The notes under the pieces were generated by a model, which did not search any database, was not told the DNA's origin, and saw only the letters and a program-made list of their open reading frames with translations. Position numbers and translations under genes: made by a program. This document shows, piece by piece, positions 24,756 through 38,500 of a DNA stretch of 64,000 nt; position 1 is the stretch's first letter; every line of letters begins with the position of its first letter. Source of the DNA: Oikopleura dioica (taxonomy: Eukaryota; Animalia; Chordata); the NCBI GenBank assembly GCA_907165135.1, contig OU015566.1, forward strand, positions 10,540,001-10,604,000. Reading direction: 5' to 3'.

Positions 24756-27031
24756 CTAACAGAGTAAACGTTTTATCTGATCAGGAGTTCTTCGGAGCAG
24801 AATTTCTTTGTTGTCGTAGCAATCTGTCGATTCTAGCGCTTTGTAAACTGTCAGATAGGAGGCAAAGACCAGCTCCTGGCTCGCTTTGAGGATGTTGTTT
24901 CGGATGATCGGCGAGTTGAGGAGGTTGAACTGTGGAAGTTGGTGAACATCGGGGTTGGATAAGTAAGATTCGAACTGTGACAGGCCTGTCGTCAAGCTTT
25001 CTTGATCCAAACCAGGCATACTGGAGAGCTTTTCTTCCGATTCGGGCTTGAGGAAGAGTTAAAAATGAAGAATTATGAAGGCTTTTACCTTGTATCGATC
25101 ACAAGTCGCATAAATCGTGGCAATTCCTCCTCGGGTCAGAATAAACGCAGCTTGCTCATTAGATAAAGTTGAAGCGTGAGCATCGATTTGACCTAAAATA
25201 TCGTAATTTTCGTGAGAAAGGTCAAAGAAGAAATGAACCTTGAAGCATTTCAAGCCGATGTTCAACTCCAAACTCGTAAAATGAAAGTGTGTTGACGATG
25301 GATTGCAACGAGTTGATCATGTAAGTCGACATATCTGCCATGGAGAGATGGCTTGCAGACAGCTGGCAGTTTTGCAAAAGTGGATCTAGATAATAAAGTT
25401 CATTTTCGGGTTGTTTTAATATATCAAATGGTACCTAAAATAGTGGTAAGAACCGTCTGAAAGTCCTTCTTTCGATTCTCCATCGGTGCCACATTTCCGT
25501 CTTGAATAGACAAAATGTCTCGCAACAACTTGAGCGCAGAAGTCAGCGTTTGATTACAACCCAAATCTGTTGGGGGAGCGGCAACATTTGAAGTAAATTT
25601 TTGCGACATAAACGTCAGCGAGTTGAAGAACATTTTCTTGCAGAGCTCTTGGAGTTCGTTCAGAGTCTCTAAAATGTCATGCTCGAACTTTTCCGCCGTC
25701 GATTTTTCATCGAGTTTTGTTGGTGCAGATGCAGTGTTGACGATTTGACTTTGGTGAGTTTCTTTTTGATGATCGATCAATTTGCGATGTAAATGTAAGA
25801 ATCGAAACTTTCCTAATGGTGCGTTGGTAAAACTGAAGCAAGTTCGATAACTTGTAAAGTGCAACTGGCCCAGGTTCGGCGACGAGAATCTGTTCCAGAC
25901 GAATCTTCAGTGGTCGACAAACTCCTTCGAGAATTTTCAACATCATATCGCGCCGATGAGGAGCTACAAGATGCTCTGGGCACTGCTTGACAAGTTGGTT
26001 GAAGTTTTCTCGCTCTGTAGCAGCGCATTGATGGATCCAAGCAGCCATGTCGCCGACGTATCTAAGAGGGTCGTGCGAATGGAGCTCGATCGGACGAGGT
26101 TGAGCTTGATCTCGCGAGCCGCTAGAAAATCGCATTGATTTCAGTTGCTAAAACTGATTCTCACCGAGTTAGAGCTTCAATAAAGCCTCTGACAGTAGTT
26201 GATTTTCTGGCGTTGGCGTATTCGTCAAGTGTGTATCGGAAAAGAACAGCTCTGTCAGAAAGTGCTTTCATAGCGCGTTGCAGGGTTGAGTTGACTTCGA
26301 TTTCTTCGCTAGTGAGTGATCTGGTCTGAGTTTGGCCCCAGCGATAGAGTCGTTCGTAACCAGCTTCTTGGAAAAGAGCCATTTCCTCCATAATTTCCAG
26401 ACCGGCTGTTTGCTGATTCGATCGAAGCAGAACTTTTACTGAACAGAACTTTACTTTTGGAATGAAAAATGACGTCTACCTTTGGAATGAATTTCTTGAA
26501 CACGATCAAGCGCCGTGAAAAATTCTTCATTTAGCGGCTCATTTGGCCCGGCTCGAAGAGTCTGAAACTGTACGCTTGTCAGCTGGAATTTTTCGATAAA
26601 AGTAGAGGCTGCTTGTTGTCGCATTTCGATAATTCGACCTTCTTTTCGCAATTCCGATGTGTTGGAAATCAAGCTCGCGGTTTGAGTTTTCGCTATTTTG
26701 AGTCTTTCTGACATTTCTTCACAGCACTGGCTCATTCCTGCAAAATTTATTAATGATCTTTTCAGGTTGATACAAAATCACCTTGAACTTCTTGTGTGAC
26801 TTGATCAATCTGCTCCTTGAGGATTCTGTAATCATTCAAGAACTCTTGGTTGATTTTCAATCCTCTTCTTTCGATAACAGACCTCAGATTTTTACGGTTT
26901 CGGAGATTATTCTCTCCGAAAAAGGTGGAGAGCGATTTCATTGCTTCGATGAGCTCCTTATCCGAGTCTAGCTTCATATCCAAGATCTTTTTGATCTTCC
27001 TGCTCAACGGATTTGCTACCGCCGTGTCCAT
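24756..27031 (-). CDS. COG6: Conserved oligomeric Golgi complex subunit 6
   Basis: [12 protein letters not shown]...[24 protein letters not shown] and [24 protein letters not shown]. Confidence 0.95.
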
Positions 27032-27133
27032 TTTTATTTTCTTAAAAATAGGAGTTTGAGACGAGAATTGACTTTTGTTGAATTGTATTTTTGTTAAAAG
27101 TAATGTGAGGTACAGTTAAACGAATGGCTCTGT

Positions 27134-29235
27134 TTATGTTTCGGCATGGCCGGGAATCGGGAAGGAAGAGGCGAAAGCGTTGACTTTGTCGCCAAGAGCC
27201 TTGACTCGCTGCTGGACTTCGGGATCGGTGTAAAGGGCGTTTTTGAATTCCTAAAGGGAGATTTTAGCATGTACTCAAGCTGGATTGACTGTACCTTGAG
27301 AGGAGCCTTTGCGCCGCCTTCGAGCTTGTCGCAAATGAATTGAGTAAGTTGAATGGATTCATGAATGTATTCGGCAACGACATCGAAGTCCTCTTCCATC
27401 AATCCTCGAGTAGTTAGCGCTAGAAAAGAGTGATGATTACTAATCATTGATTAGTGAGAAAAATAGCGAATTCTGTACCTGGAGATCCAAAACGCAACCC
27501 ACTTGGTCGAAGAGCAGATTTATCACCAGGGCAAGTATTCTTGTTGCAAGCGATGTGAACTGCTTCAAGGACTTTTTCCGCTCGGTTTCCATCCAGATTT
27601 TTGTTTCGCAAATTTACAAGGATCAAGTGGATGTCCGTGCCGCCAGTGACAATTTCGTAGCCAAAGTCCTGGAGAGTCTTGGCGAGTCGTTTTGCGTTGA
27701 GAATGACCTTTTGAATTGATTAAAATCGGAAGGACAGGGATCAAAGTACCTGTTTTTGATATTCTACGAATTCCTCTCGCTGTGCTTGTCCAAGAGCAAC
27801 TGCCACGCCAGCAATTGCATGATTGTGAGGTCCACCTTGAAGGCCAGGGAAGAGAGCTTCTTTGATTGGCTTTTCCAGGTTGTAGCCTTCGCCGATTCGG
27901 TAGAAAATCATTCCTGATCGGGCGCCTCGAAGGGTTTTGTGGGTGGTAGTGGTGACAATGTGGCAGTGTTCGAAGGGACCAGGAATGACGTCGGCAGCGA
28001 CCAAGCCGGAAATGTGAGCCATGTCAGCGTGGAGCAGAGCGCCGCATTTATCAGCAATTGCTCGCATTCTACGGTTTTACGTTAGAATCGTTTGGTTTCA
28101 AAGCTCTTACCGTTTGTAATCCATATGTCGAGAATAGCAAGACATTCCGGCAATAATCAACTTTGGTCGGAAAAGCATGGCGTTTTCTTCCAACTTGTCG
28201 TAATCAATCAGTCCGGTTGTTTGATTAGCTATGACGAAAATTCTAGTCATGTGGTTGAAAAATCTGTTACCTTTGTATGGCATGGATTCGAAGAAAACAG
28301 AAGTGGCAGATATCTTCTTCTGAGGAGTAAAGAAACCGTGGGTGAGATGACCACCGTCGGGGAGATCGAGTCCCATGATTCGGCCACCGGGACCGACGAT
28401 GCCGGTGAAAACGGCGAAGTTGGCGGGTGAGCCGGAATAGGGCTGGACGTTGACACCCCATTCATCCTTGTTCAATCTTAATATGGGCTGAAGTTTTGCT
28501 AGATAATTTCGTCAAACCTGTAAACATCAAGCGCTCTTTTCTGACAAAGCCGCTCGAGGGCATCGATATTTTCAGTTCCACCGTAGTATCGCAGTCCTGG
28601 ATATCCCTCCGAGTATTTATCGTTCAAGCATGAACCCATTGCCTCCAAAACAGCCTTCGAGGCGAAATTTTCCGATGCAATGAGCTCCAGACCATGACGC
28701 TGGCGATTCTTCTCGTTTTTGATAATTTGAAAAATCTCGGGATCGTTAACCGCTGAACATTATGTAACTTCTAGTAGCAACATGCTTATTAGGTAAGTGA
28801 CTCTTTTGGAAAGTCAATACCTCGTGGATTGAAAAATAGGCGTGTCAGGGGACTAGTTTGAGACGGTACTTTGTATTTTTTCGCGAGACCATGTTTGTAA
28901 ACAGGTTTATTGCGTTATTTCGATAATGATACTTTCATTTGAAATGATCATAAAAAAGGGCTTAAATTTGAGGGAGACGGGAGCACACTGCTAAAACTTC
29001 AATAGTTTTACTTCTTTTTTAAAGAGTTGAGATTGATAAGACTTTATATTGGCCGAATACTATTGGGAAACTATGTAAAATCGATGTGTTATTCTTATAA
29101 TTATGATATTTATTGAAGCATATTAAATATTTACACTCTGTATGACTTACCAAGTGGCTCCTGGAGCATTGCAACTGATGCTTTACCGGACATGACGGAT
29201 CTTCTGGCGAGTCTAAGAAGCTTTTTTGAAATCAT
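27134..29235 (-). CDS. SHMT2: Serine hydroxymethyltransferase with mitochondrial presequence-like exon 1
   Basis: [13 protein letters not shown]...LQEPL|[55 protein letters not shown] and [10 protein letters not shown] (PLP lysine). Confidence 0.95.
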
Positions 29236-29940
29236 TTTCTCTGAAACAAATCCCCTTTTTTCGAAAATCAAATTTTCTATTTAATGAATGTTCGATCTTG
29301 GCACTAGCTATTTATACGCAAAAGTTGTCACACGTCTGGCTAGGCGACGCACAAGTTGCCAAAAAAGGATAAACCTGCGCTCATGATTGTTGTTTTCACC
29401 ATAAGGGGTTTGGATTTTTACGAGAAAAAAAGGGAGGATCCTGTTTTACCTGGTTCAGGCGCAATTTCTAAAAACTCTCGAATGAGGCTATTCGGGCAGT
29501 GTGTCCGGCTCCTGGGGAGAAGGCTGTTTTTAAGAATGCACGGTTGAACTCGAAAATATTTCTTTCCTCCCTTATCTAGAATCGATTTCGCCGATTTCGC
29601 GGCTACTTTTGAAATAAGAATCGGTGAGGATCCTTATTAGGAAGGTGAAAATTAGCCCTTTGTACTGCAAAAAGTCTGCAATTTCGTTTACCTGTTGATG
29701 TCTCGCTGGATAAATCTGAAAAACAAGTCCACGAGTGGAATTATTTACTCTCGATCGACGGGCGTGCCCAGGTAAAACGTAACGAGCCAACATTTTCGTC
29801 TGATCAATTCTGAAGATTATGCGTTTTGCAGCTCACTTTATTTCGTTTTCATGATTATGATTAGTTACATAACTAGTTCGGGAAGCGTACTTATGTACAG
29901 GAATTTCATAAATGGGCATATTTACTCTTCATCGTTGAAA

Positions 29941-30349
29941 CTAGTTGGCCCCAGTCGTAAGTGTGTCGAGAAGTTTCGTCAATGACAGGTGCGAAATGGG
30001 GCTGTAATCAGCATGAGCACGAGGGTCATCAATCTTTCGAAGACTTGTTTCAGCTAGATAGAAGCTCGTTTCGCCTACAGTAAGGCTTTCTTCAAACACC
30101 CGAGCGTTTTGTTTGACATCATCTGAAAGAGCATTTTTTATCAGTTCTCCTCCTTGCTTTCCAAAAACAACCAAAATCTAAATCATTCAAGCTAAACAAA
30201 CGGAAATAAAGATTGGGGTTGGAGAAATCATTCTTGCGTATCTACTAAAAGCGGATAAAACAACTCTTTAGAAGATTCTATTTTTATTGCGATTTTTATC
30301 GCACCTGGGCTAAGTTGGTTATGTTTCTGCTTCGGCGATTTCTCCCCAT
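29941..30349 (-). CDS. Possible small uncharacterised two-exon protein (~90 aa)
   Basis: MGRNRRSRNITNLAQ can splice in phase 0 to the 29941-30174 ORF. No family recognised. Confidence 0.25.
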
Positions 30350-30503
30350 AAACTCAGAATCGAACACGCCAATTTTTCATGGCGCTCGAACCAAGTGGTT
30401 TGGTATTTATACCGATCATGCCCAGCTGGACAGCATTCAGTTTTGCTCCCAAGAGAAAAAAAAAAGAATCAAAAAGAGAAGCTAAAAGCCTATTCTACCA
30501 AAA

Positions 30504-31544
30504 ATGAAGCTCCTCAAGTTTTTCTTCGCCGGTTTGGCCGCTGGAATGAACATTGCCCAGCACTACCTCGCCGACAAATTCGCCGACGATCACAACGACA
30601 AGTTGATGATCCTCATGAATCCTGCATTCAAAGATGCCAGCTTTGATCAGTCGGAACAGATGAAGATGATGCTTCCACTGCTTTTGATGGATGCCAAGAC
30701 AAACGAAAACTCAAAGCTGCTTATGATGCTCATCATGCAGGATCCCCAGTGGCTCGAGAACAACGACAACCACATGCTCTTCACTTATTTGATGAACGCT
30801 GAGGATGACACTCTTGATTTCAAGACCATGTTCCTCATGACAAATATGTTCCGCAAAGGTAATTCTAAGATAAAATAGAGATCTCTAAAAATCTTCATCT
30901 ATAAAAAGATTGCAACAATATGGGCGCACAACGAATGAACAGCATGATTCCCCTTTTGCTCGGAAAGGCTGAAAATGGCAACAGTGGTAACGCTAGCGAC
31001 CAGCATGATATGCAAAGCATTCTTACTATGATGATGTTTATGTCCTCTGGCGAAGCTGGTCTCGATACTTCCGCGATGCTCCCACTTCTCATGGAAGAAA
31101 TGGTCTTCGAAGAAGGTAAAAAATTCAATGTAGAGCACCGAAACAACAATTTCAGGTGATTTTGATCACGACAAGAAACTGCTCTTCTGGGTTATGATGT
31201 CGATGATGTCCGGCGGCAGCCACGACCAGCAAGGATTCAACAACAACTTTAACATGATGCTCCCTCTTATCATGCGAGATTGCAACGATGCCGCCTGCGA
31301 AAAGCAAAAACTTGACATCATGACAGTAATGATTGCCATGCAATCTAATGTAAGATGAAAAAAGTACAGCAATTCTCTAACAAATATATTTTAGGCTCCC
31401 AACACCGCTTTCGGACCCGATATGATGATTCCCTTGATGCTTATGGGCAACACCGACAACAACCAGGAGCTCATGTTCTTCATGATGACCCAATTGAACA
31501 ACAAGGCCTGCGATGCTCCTGTCTACTACGGAGTCCACCACTAA
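30504..31544 (+). CDS. Met-rich, probably secreted protein with repeated M[LI]PL[LIM][LM] motifs (4 exons)
   Basis: Signal-like MKLLKFFFAGLAAG. In-phase GT-AG splicing gives a Met/Leu/Asn/Asp-rich product ending ...DAPVYYGVHH*. Confidence 0.8.
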
Positions 31545-31620
31545 ACTCCACACTTTCATTCGAAAAGGACCGACAAAAGTCTATCAAAAAGAAATTTTCT
31601 AGTTTGATATTTCCTGTCTT

Positions 31621-32349
31621 TTACTTTTTTTCACTTTCTCTCGTGCCATTTAACTTGAAAATAAAGCACCTACCTATCAAAAATATTGTAACATCCAGAT
31701 GTAAATCTCCACCAAGGTCAAAGGGATGCTCAGTTTCAGTAAAAATATCAATTCTCGACGGCCTCATTGCAGATGCCCCGGCGCCAGTTGCTTTGAGAAC
31801 CGATTCCTTCACCGCCCAAAATCGATAGAACTCGTTTAGTTGCGCCTCGACATTGTTTTTGGCCATGATTTGATCCCACTCGTTCGAGGTGCCCATGGAT
31901 TTGTTCAGACGAAGCTTTGTGATGAATTTTTCGGGAGAGGATTTCCAGCTTATTGGCTTGTTTCGCAGAGCTATATCTATTCCATATTCGGCACCACTGT
32001 CTGTACTCGCTGTGCTATGTGGGATATGAGGAGATTTCTAGCGTTGAGTTAGATTTTACCAGACGCAAATTTGATGCTCTCCAGTAGTCGCTGCATGAGA
32101 AACGGAAATGCTCAAGCCATCAACAATTGGCTTTCCATTCTCCCCAAATCTCACATTTTCTTCAGAAGGAATCTTCCCAAGAATAACTTTCGAGGAATAA
32201 TAAAGCGACAATCGACCAAGAATCCTCCTCAGCTGCGCGTTTTCTTCAGAAATCTCCAGACAATATTTCTGCTCCTGCTTTTGAAGAGAACTCAACAAAA
32301 GAGGCCGAATGCTCTTTTCCGCGAGAAGATAAAATCGTAACAAGGACAT
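31621..32349 (-). CDS. AASDHPPT: Sfp-type 4'-phosphopantetheinyl transferase
   Basis: FGENGKP...ISVSH, EYGIDI and FYRFWAVKESVLKATG motifs. Confidence 0.85.
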
Positions 32350-32435
32350 TCTGGTGATGGATGGATTTTATTGGTTTCATAAGTGATGATTTTCTGTGTG
32401 GAAATAACTTTGATTTTTTTCGTGAAGAGTTGAAA

Positions 32436-32774
32436 TTAGAAATATTCGAGGGATGAAGATTCAGTGATGGATTGGCCATGTTGGACAGAATGGAGAGTTG
32501 CTGGCTGATTTGTGTGTGGGAGAGGCTTGAAATCGATGTTATTTTCAAAGAGACAGAACGAGGATACCTTGAAGACTCGTGCGTGGACAAATTTACCAGC
32601 TGCCGAGCATTTTATAAAGAAATTTGTGCCCGCAACGGTTTGAGTTCTGTATCCATGAATTACGAAATCTCCTTCGACGCCAGTTTTCGCCGCCAAATCT
32701 GCTTTAACTGCCTCGAGAATGGCTTTAACCTCGTCGTCGACAGGTTTTACATCTGATGGTCCGCCGCAAAGCAT
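32436..32774 (-). CDS. Type 1 cystatin (stefin, cystatin A/B-like)
   Basis: N-terminal CGG, QTVAG (QxVxG) loop and VHARVFK|PLPH...LEYF*. One small intron. Confidence 0.93.
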   Translation of the reverse strand: MLCGGPSDVKPVDDEVKAILEAVKADLAAKTGVEGDFVIHGYRTQTVAGTNFFIKCSAAGKFVHARVFKVSSFCLFENNIDFKPLPHTNQPATLHSVQHGQSITESSSLEYF

Positions 32775-33025
32775 GATTTTCTACAAAATAGATGGTTGTT
32801 TAAAAGATTTTTTTTTTCGAAAAGGTGGCAGTAATTCTCTATTTTTGGCAGTTTTTCACGATAAAATGACGATAAAATGTGTGTTTTTGGAAAGAAGCGA
32901 TGATGACATTGTGTGAACGATGGTTTGATTTTTGGTGTGTATTTTAGCAGTTTGAAGAGAGACTGACTCAGAGAGGAAACGAAAGATTTGTCTTTTTTCA
33001 TTTTAACGAGTCTTAAGGAGATTTT

Positions 33026-33946
33026 CTATTTGAGGAGATGCTTGACGGGCGCGACGTATTTGTTGTAAAACGCAAGCTCAGCGTCGCTCATCTCGTGGGG
33101 ATCTTGCTCGCTGTACTGTTTCAGTACTCCGAGGCTGATCTTGGTCAGATCATCTGTTCGTGCGAGCAGGGTGTTCATCGTTTTCTAAAAAGAGGTTGGT
33201 ACCATCAGCTTGGTAGCCCAAGAAGTTGCGCAAGGTCCGGCTATAATATTGATTCCTGGAAGCCGCAAGCGGCTTTTCGAGTTTACTGTAAGAAAAAAGA
33301 CGATTCTCTAGATGAAAAAGGCTTGATTTCTAAGAAATCCTTAGAACGGAACATTCTCTAGAACATCGAAGATCTCCCGCTGTTATTGATAAAGAGTCAT
33401 TAGTCGCATTTGCGCGACGGTGAAAGGTCCGAAAAGCCGAAAATTTCAAGTAAGTACAAAATATGATTGACATTTCGAATGAGAATAAATTAAGGTTGGA
33501 TTCAACATGCGTAAAGCTCGAAAAAGTCGAGCGAGTTGAGAAGCTAAAGTTGCAAAACGCAACGCACATCAAAGATATATTTTCTGAAAAGTCTGTTGAC
33601 ACAAATAAAGCTTTGAAAAAAAGCTTCAAACTATCAAGCATCAACTCCTAAAATTCTTTTGTGGAAAAATCTCGCTGTTCGAGATTTTCCTAATTTCTTG
33701 GATTTTGTTTCATATCAGCAGGGCAAAAATAAAGAAAATGGTAAACTGGCGAACCTCTTGAGCAGTTGTTGTCTTCGTCTCGGGAAAATCGTTGCTAGCC
33801 CCTTGAGAAGCTGGCAGACGTTTTTCAGATTTGGCCTTGAGTGCAGCGATTCGCACTTGAAGGTCGCGCAAGCTCTGGCCGAGGTCCATTCTTTGCAACG
33901 ATTTTCGCAAGCAGGAGTAAAATTCGTCTTGATCTACAAACACCAT
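33026..33946 (-). CDS. Uncharacterised coiled-coil-like gene, exon structure unresolved
   Basis: The ATG-initiated exon MVFVDQDEFYSCLRKSLQRMDLGQSLRDLQVRIAALK... ends at a GT. There is a plausible terminal exon ...AFYNKYVAPVKHLLK*. It lies in the gene-sized gap between MDP1 and stefin. Confidence 0.3.
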
Positions 33947-34122
33947 TTTGAACTTTTTATGCTTTATCTCCGGTTATTAAACAATAAATTTTAATGAAAA
34001 AATAGAAGGGAATTAAATCTTTCTATCCGAAGCTTGGAAGAAAAGTTGATAACTAAGGAACTTACAGTAACAAACATAAAACAACAAGAATCTATTCTAG
34101 AAACGGTCAATTTGTCTTATTT

Positions 34123-34662
34123 CTAGGTAATAATCTTGCCCTCTTTCGAAGGAAAATTCTCCAGGGACTTGCTAAAGAGTCTCTTGTCCAATCCATCCGG
34201 ACAGAAGACGCAGGTAACACCGAGTTTTTTCACGGTTTCGTGGTTGTTCATTTGGTTATCGTAGAAAATCATGTCGCTAAAGTCGATTCCGGATTTGCTT
34301 TTCAGCGCCGCGAAATGACGGTCTTTTTCTTTCTGAAAAGAAATGATTATTTATGAAGCAATTGCTGATCTTACCCTGTAAATTTCAACAAAAGAAAAGA
34401 CATCTTCCAGCGCCAAATCGTCCCTGATTTTCATGTCTTTCATTTTCTTCTTTCCTCTGGCTGGAAAACCACTGGAAGATGCCACAGCTAGTTTCGCCCC
34501 TTTGAACTTTTCTCCTTTGTAAAGTTCAAGTAGAATCTCTTCAATGTCCTTCAAAAAGCCAACTGGCTTGTTCATGTAAAAGTCAAGTTCGGGGCCCCAA
34601 ACGGTATCGTCCAAATCGAAAACGAACAGTTTCGGAATTCTTTGGACAGTTTTTTCTTCCAT
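34123..34662 (-). CDS. MDP1: Magnesium-dependent phosphatase 1 (HAD family)
   Basis: LFVFDLDDTVW (DxDxT), LAVASS, VEIYR|KEKDRHF, MIFYDNQMNN and LGVTCVFCPDG. Confidence 0.88.
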
Positions 34663-35555
34663 CTTTTCTTTCTCTGTTGTTGAAACGGTTTTTACGATTT
34701 TGATTTTCTTCTGGTGCCATTGAAAAAGACTTTGAATGGAGCATTTAATGGACGGTGATTAGGACCCTCTGAAAAGAAATGACAATTACTCACTAGATCA
34801 AGAATCTAAAACGGGAGAAATACGAATCGTTTAAATGTCAATTACAGTATTCAAGATTTAGATGTAGTCAAAACCGGCACTCTTTATCTACAGATGATAA
34901 GGGATATTCTTTTAGATATTGAAGAGGATGACTTTTATATAGGTAGGTAGAAGGAATTTGGAGGCATAGAATGGTGAAAATGCAGATTCAGGGCATGGCA
35001 GTTGAGGTATCACGTGTCCTATCATTCAGTACAGAAATAATATACACAGTGAGGGCATTGAGGACAAAGTAAAGCCTAATTACGTCTGAACAAGGTTCAT
35101 AATCCCACCCTTTGACCCCCTAATCCCTCTGCTGACGACCACGAACCTTCTGCACCTTTCTCACCCCATGAATCAGATTACTCATGTGTTCCATCCTTTT
35201 TTAACTAGGCCACGTGTCCCCCGGGATGTATGGTCCGATTGTAGGATGACGACATGGCGTGATTGTAAGCCCTTTCTCCCAGGAGGACGAAAAAACAAAA
35301 ATGATTCGATTTCTGAATCTGCGACCAATCAGGGGGCTTGGAATATGGTCCGATGTTTCTGGCTTTCGTCGATTCGACATTTTGAGTCATTCTCTTCTCA
35401 TTCTCGAATTCCGAAAATCCGAAAAGGGGAAAGCAGGAATATAACGAAACGAAGGATTAAGAGATCTTATCAGTAAATCCCCTCTTATCACCTCGATCAT
35501 TTCTCGTTTTTACTTGAACAGAAGAAAAAAAATAGCACCAGAAGACTGAGAAAAT

Positions 35556-38500
35556 ATGGCTCTGGGCGACATAACAAAAGGTAACTGTAAATACGACAGA
35601 AAATGGGGTAAATATTTGGAGAATCGAACCAATGGGGTGGGATTTATAAGCTTGAAAACTTCAGACAGCGTCAAAATATTGCCCCAGGGAAGAAAACAAA
35701 GGCATTTTTAGGCTTTTGAGCATTTTCTCGATAAAAAAATAGGGAAAGAGTAGAGAAATTTTGGATTTAGAGTACCTTATTTCAGTAATTTTGTATTTCC
35801 GGAACGCTAAGTCAGAAGAAACGCAACTTTTTATTAGATAAACATCTCAAATTTGTATTTTTGGCCAACTTTTTGGTAGGTCTGAGAGTTTTCCGTATAT
35901 TCTGGTGAATAAATTATCGACGCGTGATTTGACATCAGTCAATTTTTGCGTTTTATAGCCAATTAACCAATTTTTTAACCTCCTGGAATTGGCTCTACGT
36001 GCTATATAATTTCTCTCTTTTTTCTTTAAAAAATTCTTTACTCAATTGAATGAGGTCATTCTGAATTTAATAATCTTGTGATTCACGCAAAGTTCCTTTG
36101 TTCGAGCAACAAATGGCCTGATTTTTAGCCTTTATTACACTCAACAAAAATACGAGGCCAGTTGTCTTTCTGACAGAGCTAGAGTTTTTACGATATTGAG
36201 GAGAGTTACGAAAGTAAAACCATCGGTCTTTTTAACAAGAAACGACAGAGGAAGAGCTCCTCTTTCTTTGAAATGGTTGCTCATGATAATGAAGGATTCA
36301 ATCGTAAGTTTTAGCAAACTGTTTTTGAAGAAATTTATTAAGGAAAAATTATCAAAAAATTTATATTTTATCAACTGAAATATTTTCTTTTTATTAGGAA
36401 AAAAGTTTGACGCTGAAAACATATTTTCAAAAAATAGAGATTTGAATCTTAGTCTGTCAGATTTCCATAGATAAAAACCAAAGGGCAAATAAGTTGGAGT
36501 TTGAAACCACAAGTTTGAAGCTCAAGCTTTACCGCCACTTTTTTTGCCGGTAGGAAAAGCGCTGAGATCATTGAATTCTTGACAGCTTCGCTTTAGGCAA
36601 CAGGTTTTTAAAAGTTTCTTTCTAGCGCCTGATCGAACAGAATACACGCCCGTCGCAACGCAAAACACTGCATCAGAAGACTCCATCAACGGAAATGGAT
36701 TTGGCGAGAGTGATGTCGCCCTCATTTCGCGCCAGAAGAAGCCCCCACAGTTCTCCAATCTGCAGAAGTATGGCACGCTTTTGGTACTCTTCGCGATCAA
36801 CATGCTCAACTACATGGACAGATTTACAATCGTGGGCGTTCTTGCCGCCGTAAAAAGCGAATTCCAGATTGACAATAAGCGCGCCGGTCTCTTGCAGACG
36901 GCTTTTATGATCAGGTGAGGAAATCACACTCGCTTTCTTTTTCGCTTCTTGAGCAAAAATTCTAGTTACATGTGTCTCTCCCCTGTGGTAGGCTACCTGG
37001 GGGATCGATACAACCGAAAAGTCATCATCATTTTGGGAACTCTCTTCTGGGTTTTTGCCGTTTTCTTTTCATCCTTCATCAATGGCCCTGAAAACTTCTG
37101 GTGGTTCGTCATCACCCGATGTCTCGTCGGCATTGGCGAGGCGAGTTACAGTTGCATTGCGCCAACTATCATTACAGACATGTTCGAGCCAGAGCGAAGA
37201 AATAATGCAGTTTCTTTCTTTGTCATCGCCATTCCTGTTGGATCTGGCGTTGGTTTTATTACTGGTAGTCAGGTGAAAACGATCCATGCTTTCTTCGTTT
37301 AAATAATCATTATAGATGGTGAATCTAGCCAAGAAAATGGGCTGGGGAGGATGGGAATGGTCTCTCCGAGCGACTCCTCCTCTTGGCCTTCTTTGCGTTC
37401 TTCTTCTTTGGATCATCATGCCACGAACAGTTCCCCGAGGAAGCTCAGATGGCGTCATGAACGAGAAAGATACTGGTTACGCTGAAGATCTCAAATACTT
37501 GCTTCGCAACCGATCCTGGTGCCGCATTACTGCTGGTAAGAGCAACTAAGTTTACTTTCTATCAGTGCATTTTTTCACAACCGTTTCTCATTGCCTTTCT
37601 TCAGGTTTTATCGGCGTTAGTTTCTCCATCGGTGCACTCTCATACTGGTTCCCACAGTTTATCGCCTCTGCATACGTCCTTCGAGGAGAAATCAAGCCCT
37701 GCGTCACCTCTGATTGCGAATACTCCGATATCATGTTCAAATTCGGCCTCATCACCACCATTTCCGGACTTGGAGGCGTCGCCATCGGCTTGTTTTCCTC
37801 TAACAAGTTAAAATCGAATCCTGATCGACCAAAGACGGGAGATGCGGAGATCTGCGGAATGGGACAATTCGTTCTTGGGTTCTTTACATTCATCGCCCTC
37901 TTCAGCTGCTTGAAAAGCGCGAATTTGACCTGGTTCTGTGGTTTTACCGCGCTCATCGGAGGATGCGTCAATTGGGCGCTCATGGTGAACATGACGATGG
38001 AAACTTGCGTGCCCAAACGAAGAGCCACAGCTAACGCGGTTCAGATGTTCCTTGGACATGCCCTAGGTGAGACTCTTTTCTCGCTCGTTCGATTTTTAAC
38101 TTGTTTATTCCTGTAGGCGACGCTATTTCCCCAGCTTTAATCGGCATCATGGCAGATGGCATGACCGAAGCCCGCGGCTTTTCCGCCGATACTGAACCAT
38201 TCCTCCTTGGCTACCACGCTCTTCAGTACAGTATGCTCATGTGCCCGCTTATGTCACTCTTTGGCGGAGCCATGTTCCTCTGGACTGGTCTTTCCATGGT
38301 CGAAGATCGAGAGAACGTAAGTTTTTTTTCCTAACATTTATTGATCAAATTTTGCTTTATAAACTACTCTTTCAGGCGTTATTAATTGCAAAAGGTGATG
38401 AAAATATCATGCTTCAACAACGTAAATGCACAGATGTGCATGTTTTTACGTTTAGTATGTGTACTGTCGGAATGTTTCATTGCCGGAGAATAATCAAAAA

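Noticed and set aside
29340-29793. Possible small mitochondrial gene with an MMADHC-like segment (HCPNSLIREFLEIAPE)
   Set aside because: I could not build a phase-consistent model and the similarity is too short.
34580-34720. Out-of-frame upstream ORF (MAPEEN...) overlapping the MDP1 start
   Set aside because: An AG just upstream of the MDP1 ATG could remove it by trans-splicing; no evidence of function.
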